A DNA stretch of 37,808 bases. Source: Cyanothece sp. SIO2G6 (GTDB lineage Bacteria > Cyanobacteriota > Cyanobacteriia > CAKZMO01). Positions 26,401 through 32,700 of the stretch are shown here, in pieces. Numbering within the stretch: the stretch's first letter is position 1; each line of letters opens with the position of its first letter. The stretch lies in contig JAAHGY010000008.1 in assembly GCA_010672345.1 (NCBI GenBank), positions 1 to 37,808 of the forward strand, written 5' to 3'. Under the pieces are notes generated by a model. It saw nothing but the letters and a program-made list of their open reading frames with translations. It did not search any database and was not told the origin of the DNA. A program made the translations under genes and the position numbers.

Positions 26401-26649
26401 TTGAATGGTTTGGAGGGGCAGCGTCAATCCTGGTGTTGACTGAAATGTTGTTCGCAGAATTTCATGGTGATTGACAACGGTTTGCAGCGCAGTTTGCAGC
26501 AGCGGCAAATCCAGGTTGCCTTGCAGCATTATGCGACACTGAGTTGTCAGAACCTGACCCAAGGCAGACTGTCGCCACCAAATCTGGCGTTGTTGAGAGG
26601 AGAGCTTAAAACCTGTAATCGTTGAGATCGTTGGGGATGACATAGGCAA
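23461..26649 (-). CDS. NRPS-C: His-less C-like (interface-type) domain-A(Asp)-T
   Basis: 1062 aa; LSSQQRQIWW, NHHEILRTTF, LPALCADTKT in place of HHxxxDG, LAYIIYTSGSTGQPKGV, YRTGDLARRHPDG, NGKVDR, FFDLGGHSLLA. Confidence 0.95.
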   Translation of the reverse strand: MPMSSPTISTITGFKLSSQQRQIWWRQSALGQVLTTQCRIMLQGNLDLPLLQTALQTVVNHHEILRTTFQSTPGLTLPLQTIQSQGSINWQMIDLATATATEQAVTLANFQAKQRQSVQPAGPSWVEATLFKLSENKHILLLTLPALCADTKTCEILLAQISQCYGGRSLTEEPVQYVQFATWQEQLLTEADEESQAAQTFWQQQLSPSRGPLLPPLRYRDAEPDQFRSNVHRMELATPLAETLLAMDTAVETVLLTSWLVVLWRQTEQSDITLGVTCESRQDEDLVDVCGPFTHTLPLHSQISGAIAFTALLRQVEQNWQELNEWQDYYPSDRPVPWPISFEFIHQPASVSVAGVEFRLEQTWSDAQAPELKLTAIQQDNQLVLEFHYNETVISAGAIAALSNQLQSLLTHMSQQPTASISSFKLTDAADALTPTANATPAHIVSNTCIHHRIEQQVERTPNAVALIYETQQLTYQELNHQANQLAHHLQQLGAGPEVPVAIYLERSLDLLIALLAILKTGATYLPIDIALPSNGVSYRLEDAQAKILVTRQSLLRETAVTTQVVCLDGDRPIIAQHSSANPTSAVMLANLAYIIYTSGSTGQPKGVAVEHRQLLSYVDSAIDRLDLPAAGHYATVSTLAADLGHTMIFPCLCQGGTLHVIAAERVGDAQALVDYTQQHPIDCLKIVPSHLRALLQTPQPEQMLPRQRLVLGGEACSWSLMDQIQQLAPHCRSFNHYGPTETTVGALTHAFRTTAQQTAATVPIGQALTNSQVYLLDSDLQPVPIGIPGEVYIGGDGVTRGYLHRPGLTAARFLPDPFSHQSGGRMYRTGDLARRHPDGNLEFLRRVDLQVKLHGFRIELGEIEAQLAQHPDVQAVSTIVREDDPNNPVLVAYVVPHPAVPHPEKTTETTLDSGEFRLFLRQRLPNYMIPSLFVTLSALPLTPNGKVDRQALPAPERIRPDLSKEYVAPRNPTEEAIAAIWTDVLGLETVGVNDNFFDLGGHSLLATQVLSRLREVFQVELPLHQLFDAHTVAEIAEVVEIALLAEIEAMTDEEVQALMQE
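23515..23727 (-). other. NRPS-C thiolation domain
   Basis: FFDLGGHSLLATQV; Ser codon at 23638-23640; acidic C-terminal tail EIEAMTDEEVQALMQE. Confidence 0.85.
23740..25302 (-). other. NRPS-C adenylation domain, predicted Asp
   Basis: hand-extracted code DLTKVGHVGK versus the remembered Asp code DLTKVGHIGK (9 of 10, Ile to Val). Confidence 0.75.
25345..26622 (-). other. NRPS-C N-terminal C-fold domain lacking catalytic histidines
   Basis: codons 26197-26217 read P-A-L-C-A-D-T where HHxxxDG is expected; C1, C2, C4 and C5-like motifs are retained. Confidence 0.8.
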
Positions 26650-26710
26650 TTGGCGTGAAACTAAAGTATCGGTAAAAAATAAGTTGGAGATGCGAAAGGA
26701 GCGCTAAAGC

Positions 26711-26742
26711 GGTGCGTTACGCTGGCGCTAACGGCACCCTAC
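26711..26742. repeat. GGTGCGTTACGC..GCGCTAACGGCACC hairpin repeat
   Basis: imperfect inverted repeat in the NRPS-B/NRPS-C spacer; same type as 15718-15746. Confidence 0.5.
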
Positions 26743-26767
26743 GTGATCGCTATTCTGTGCCACACCA

Positions 26768-29700
26768 TTAAGTTGCGGCAGATGTGACTGAATATATCTG
26801 GCTCAATTTCGCCTGAGTCATCATTTCACCCATCGCCACTGCAATCATGCGAGACCCCGTATAGGCATGTCGTCCGTGAGCCATCAGCATGTTGTCAAGC
26901 ATGATTATGTCTCCTTGCTGCCAGTCGAAGACCTGTTCCGCTTCGGTGTAGGCGGCTTGCAACCCATTGAGTACCTCCGGCTCAATGGTAGACCCATCGC
27001 CGTAATACACCTGACGCGGCAGTCGGTCTTCCCCAAAGAGCGAGAGAAGAGACTGCTGGGTAGGTTGATCCAGATAGGACAAATGGTGCAGTTGGAGTTG
27101 GTTAAAAACGACCCATTCCCCAGTCAGGGGATGACGGACCAAAGCCGGACGGATTTGACGGGTTTGTAAACCATCATCGGCCAGCCATTCCCACTCAACT
27201 CCGGCAGCTTGGCAACGTTGTTCCACTACAGCACGATCATCGGTGTGAAAAAAGTCTTGCCATGCCACATCCAGCCCTTTGATGTAATTGCGAACGTACA
27301 TGAGTTGCTTCTGGTGGAGGCGATCGCGCATCTCCGGGCTTAACAACTGATAGGCCTTGCGACAATCAACAATTGGGGTCGCACCGCCCTGTTTTGCAGG
27401 TTGCAAACAGCAGAACCAAATCTTCATCGGCCACTGTTGTAAATGGGAACTCTCGTTGTGAAACAGGATGGCCTTATCTTCGGGATAGGGGGTAGAACCG
27501 TAAACCTTATCACTGACTCCCGTGCGAGGCAGATCACCGTACTCTCCAAACAGATCGGGACAGATTGCTACCGCTGCCTGTTCAAAATCCTTAGCGGTTT
27601 CAATTGAGAATCCCCGAAAAAGCAATGCCCCATGTTTGAGCAACTTATCGTTCAACGCCGCTCGTTCGCCCTTGGCCCACAGGACTAAATTCACATCATG
27701 GTTGTTGGGCTGGACCGTCATCACCCCACAGGGAAGGGGCTGGATTGTCACCAGATCAGTGGTGGCCTGCTGCACTGCCTGTGGAGTCACTCGTTTGAAC
27801 TTCTTCCGTCGTTTTGCACCTTTTGCGCCTTTTGATCCAGCTTGCGGTTGTGTCACCATCGAGGTAAGAGTCTCCAAATCAATATCAGGTTGAGCCACCA
27901 CTTGACTCAGCAGGGTTTCAAATTGTTGGGCTAAGCGGCTGATGGTGTCCTGGGTAAAGCGATCGCCGCTATAGTTCCAGGAAACTGTAAGACCTGTAGG
28001 CGTTTCACTGACAAACAGCGCCAAATCAAACCGGGCTGAGTGGGTATTGAGCGTAACCGGAGTCAGGGTTAGATCTAGCAATTCAAAAGAATTGAAAGGA
28101 GCATTTTGCATCACAAACAACACCTGGACAAATGGAGTGACCCCACTACGGCGAGCATCAGGTTGTAGCGCTTGCACCAGTTGGGAAAAAGGTAGATCTT
28201 GGTGGGCATAACTCTCTAACGTTACCTCCCTGACCCGCTGGAGCAAGTCTTGGAAAGTGGGATTGCCTGATAAATCCGTGCGTAATACGAGCAAATTGAT
28301 AAAGAAGCCAATCAGTCCTTCAATTTCAGTGCGATTGCGATTGGCAATATCGGTCCCCACCATCATGTCAGGCTGACCACTGTGGACATACAAGAGGGCT
28401 TTGAACCCTGCTAATAGCGTCATAAACAAGGTAGTACCGTGGGATTGACTAAGCTGATGCAGCTTACTGGCGAGAGCTGCTGATAGATGGAATGTGGACA
28501 TATCTCCCTGGAAGCTGGGCGTTTCTGGAGGGGGATAGTCCGCCGGAAGCTTTAACACAGGCAACTGCCCGCCTAATTTTTGTCGCCAGTAAGCAAGCTG
28601 TTGGTCGAGCACCTCATCCGTCAGCCATTGTCGCTGCCACACAGCAAAGTCGGCATACTGAATCGGCAAGGATTCTAGCAAGGGGAGTGACGCGGTGGTG
28701 TAGGCGGTATAGAGAGTACTCAACTCATGCACCAGCACCCCTGTAGACCAAATATCCGAAATGATGTGATGGATAGTCCATAGCAAGATGTACTCTTGGT
28801 CCTGTAGCTGTAAAACACTAGCGCGGAATAATGGGCCTTGGGTGATGTCAAAGACTTCCTGGTCGGCAGCAGTTGCCAACCGCTGAACCTCTTCAGGTTG
28901 CTGGGTTGGAGATAGCGATCGCAAATCCACTACAGGTAACGTTGTTGTCAAAGTTGGAGCAATCTGCTGGATGGGTTGACCTTGGTGCAGGATAAATGTG
29001 GTTCTGAGAATTTCGTGACGATCGACAATGGTTTGCAAACTGTGATGGAGCGGATCAAGGTGGAGGTTTCCGGTTAAGCGCACCGCCACGGTTTGGTTAT
29101 ACACCGCACTGTCAGGGTAGAGTTGTTCCAAAAACCACAGTCGTTCCTGGGCAAAGGATAAGGGGAGGGGCTGATGGCGATCGCATCGAGTAATCATATC
29201 CTGTTGCGTCTGACGCTGTTCCCCGACCCAGGTAGCTAATTCAGCTACGGTAGGAGTTTCAAACAGTTGTCGGACCGAGATATTCACATGGAAAATCTGT
29301 CGCATCCGAGCAATCACCTGGGTGGCGAGGAGGGAATGACCGCCCAACTCAAAGAAGTTATCGTAAATCCCCACTTGCTCCACAGGTGAGGTCAGGATTT
29401 TGGCAAACAAGGCTGCGATCAGTTTTTGCGGTTCGGTTTGGGGCGCAACAAACTCGGTTGTGCGCTCATAATTAGGTTCAGGTAAGGCTTTGCGATCGAC
29501 TTTGCCATTAGGGGTCAGGGGCAACGCTGGCAAACACATGACCACATTGGGAACCATGTAATCGGGCAGATGTTGTCTGAGGTGTTGCTTGAGCTGGAGT
29601 TTGAGCTGCTGAGTATCGGTATCGCTGACCACGTAGGCGACCAATCGCTCCTGGTCTGCCTTGTCCTTGTGCACCACCACCGTACACTGCCGCACCTGTT

Positions 29701-32700
29701 CATGGCGATCGAGCACCGCTTCAATTTCCCCTAGCTCGATCCGAAACCCCCGCAGTTTGACTTGATAATCGGCCCGACCCAAATAATCAATGGTGCCATC
29801 GGGCAAGTACCGGGCTAAGTCACCTGTGCGATAGAGGCGATCGCCCGGTATTTGTCCAAAGGGATTGGGCACAAACCGTTCAGCGGTCAGACTTGGACGT
29901 TTGTAGTATCCCCGCGCCAATCGAACACCTCCAAGGTACAGATCTCCCGGCACACCCACAGGTACAGGATTCAACAATTCATCCAAAATATAGACTTGGG
30001 TATTGGTCAACGGTCGCCCCACGGTAATCGGGGTGCTGTCTGTAATTTCTTGCTGAGTGGCCCACACTGTCACCTCGGTAGGACCGTAAAAATTCCTCAG
30101 CGTGGCGCATCGTTCCCGCAAATCCCTGGCTAAATCCGGGGTCAGGGCTTCACCCCCACAAATGATCTGGAGTTGGGTACTGCCGGACCAGTTGGCATCC
30201 AGTAGCATTCGCCAGGTGGCAGGGGTCGCCTGCATCAGCGTCACCCCACGGGTATTGATCTGTGCCGCTAAACGTAAGCCATCCTGGGCTACCTCCCTGG
30301 ATACGAGCACCAATTGCGCCCCCACCACCAGAGGCAACCATAGCTCCAAGACCGACATGTCGAAGGAAAAAGATGCTGCCGACAGGATGGTGTCTGCCGA
30401 GGTGATGCCTAAATCCTGGCGTTGAGAGTGGATTAAATCCACAACGGCATTGTGGGTAATTTGCACCCCTTTGGGCCGACCTGTGGAACCGGATGTGTAG
30501 ATCATGTAGGCCAAGTTATCCGCCTGGGTTGGAGAAGTGGGAGCAGTCACAACCGCTGGAATGGGCTGATCCAAACAAACTGTCTTGCCTCGGTAATTGG
30601 GGAGCAAATCCTGGAGCCAGGATTGACTAATCAAGACTTCCACATTGGCATCATCCACCATAAAGGCCAGACGCGGCGGCGGATAGTTGGGGTCTAGGGG
30701 AATGTAAGCGCTCCCAGCTTTGAGAATCCCCAGCAGACCCACCATCATGTCCACAGACCGTTCTACGCAGATCCCCACTAAGCTGTCAGGGCCAATCCCC
30801 ATGCTTTGCAGGTAGTGAGCCAGACAATCTGCTTTGGTATTCAGTTCCTGATACGTGAGCTGATCGGCTTCAAAGGCCACCGCCACCGCCTCTGGGGTTT
30901 GTTGAGCTTGACGGTCGATCAGGGTGTGGAGACAGAGATCTGGATGAGGTGCTGCTGTGGCGTTCCACTCTGCAAACTGCCGTTGTTCTGCTGTCGTGAG
31001 CAGGGGCATTGTGGCGATCGCCTGCGAATCATCAGTCACCATTGCCGTGAGCAGCACCTCAAAATGGTGGGCCATGCGACCAATGGTTTCTGGCTCAAAC
31101 AGATCGGTGCTATGTTCCCACTCACAGATCAACCCCTGATCACTTTCTTCTACAGAAAGGAGCAGATCACATTTGGCTGTAACGGATGCGGCGGGCAGGG
31201 GAGTCACGGTCATATTGGGCAGTTCCAGGGGCGATCGCGGCATGTTTTGCAACATAAACATCACCTGGAACAGGGGTGAATGGGCCAAACTGCGCTGGGG
31301 TTGTAGTGCCTCAACCACTTGCTCAAAGGGAACGTCTTTGTGGCTATAAGCCTCCAGGGTCATTTGTTTAACTCGGTGGAGAAAATCCTTGACCGAGGCT
31401 GTTTCATTGATAGGCAACCGTAACACCAAGGTATTCACAAACAAGCCAATCAAGGATTCCAACTCAGGCTGCTGCCGATTGGCAATACTCGTTCCCACAA
31501 CGATGTCCCGCTGCTTGCTGTAGCGATAAAGCAGCAGTTGGAATGCTGCCAGTAACGTCATGAATAGCGTCACCTGATGTTTTCGAGCCAGCACTTTCAC
31601 CTGTTCGCCCAGTGCCTTGGGCAACATGACCACCTGGGTCTGCCCACGAAAGCTCTGCACCGCTGGTCGAGGATGATCCGTGGGCAATTCTAGTAGCGTC
31701 GGCGCACCCGCTAGTTGCTGCCGCCAATAGTCAAGCTGGGTTGCCAGCACCTCTCCCTGCAACCACTGGCGCTGCCACTGGGCATAGTCGGCATATTGAA
31801 TTGGCAGTTCCGATAGGGGTTGATTCTCGCTGTCGGTGCGGTAAAGCGCGATCAGTTCCCGGATAAAGATGCTGATAGACCAGCCATCGCTAATGATGTG
31901 ATGCATGGTCACCACCAGTATGGCAACATCCGCTTCGAGATGAACCAACGCTAACCGCAATAATGGTCCGGTGGTCAGATCAAACGGCTGCTTGACCTCA
32001 TGGTTGAGCCAATCTGAGACAGAGACATTTAGCCTAGAGACATTTAGCCCAGAGACACTCAGGTCAGAGACACTTAGCCCAGAGACATTCAGCCCAGAGA
32101 CACTTAGGTCAAAGGCATGAAGCGATCGCACAGGAATGTCCATTGTCGGATGAATGCGCTGGATGGCAGTACCATTCACCACGGGAAATGTCGTCCGCAA
32201 AGTCTCATGGCGACAAACAATGGCATTGACAGCTTGCTGCAACTTGGCAACGTCAAAGGTACCTTCTACCCGCACCACACCCGGCATGTTGTAAGTCCCT
32301 GATACCCCTTCCAACTGGGCCAGGAACCAGAGTCGTTCTTGAGCATAGGATAGGGGAATTGGCGCATCATCCCGTGGTGTTGGGGTAATCGGAGGCATGT
32401 CCAGCCCTCCAGCAGTTTCTGAATCTAGGGCCGCATCGATACCAGCCACGGTTGGCGTTTCAAATAGCACTTTGAGCGAAATCTCGGTTTCTAGGGCTTG
32501 ACGCAGGGACGTGATCAGCCGCATTGCCAGCAGGGAATGTCCCCCCAAATCAAAGAAATTATCATGGATACCAAGGGTCTCAGCAGGTACAGAGAGCACG
32601 TCAGCAAAGAGACTGGCAATCAGGGTTTGTCGCTCGGTTTGAGGGGCAACAAATGTCTCGGTGGGACTGAAGGCGGGAGCAGGTAGGGCTTTGCGATCCA

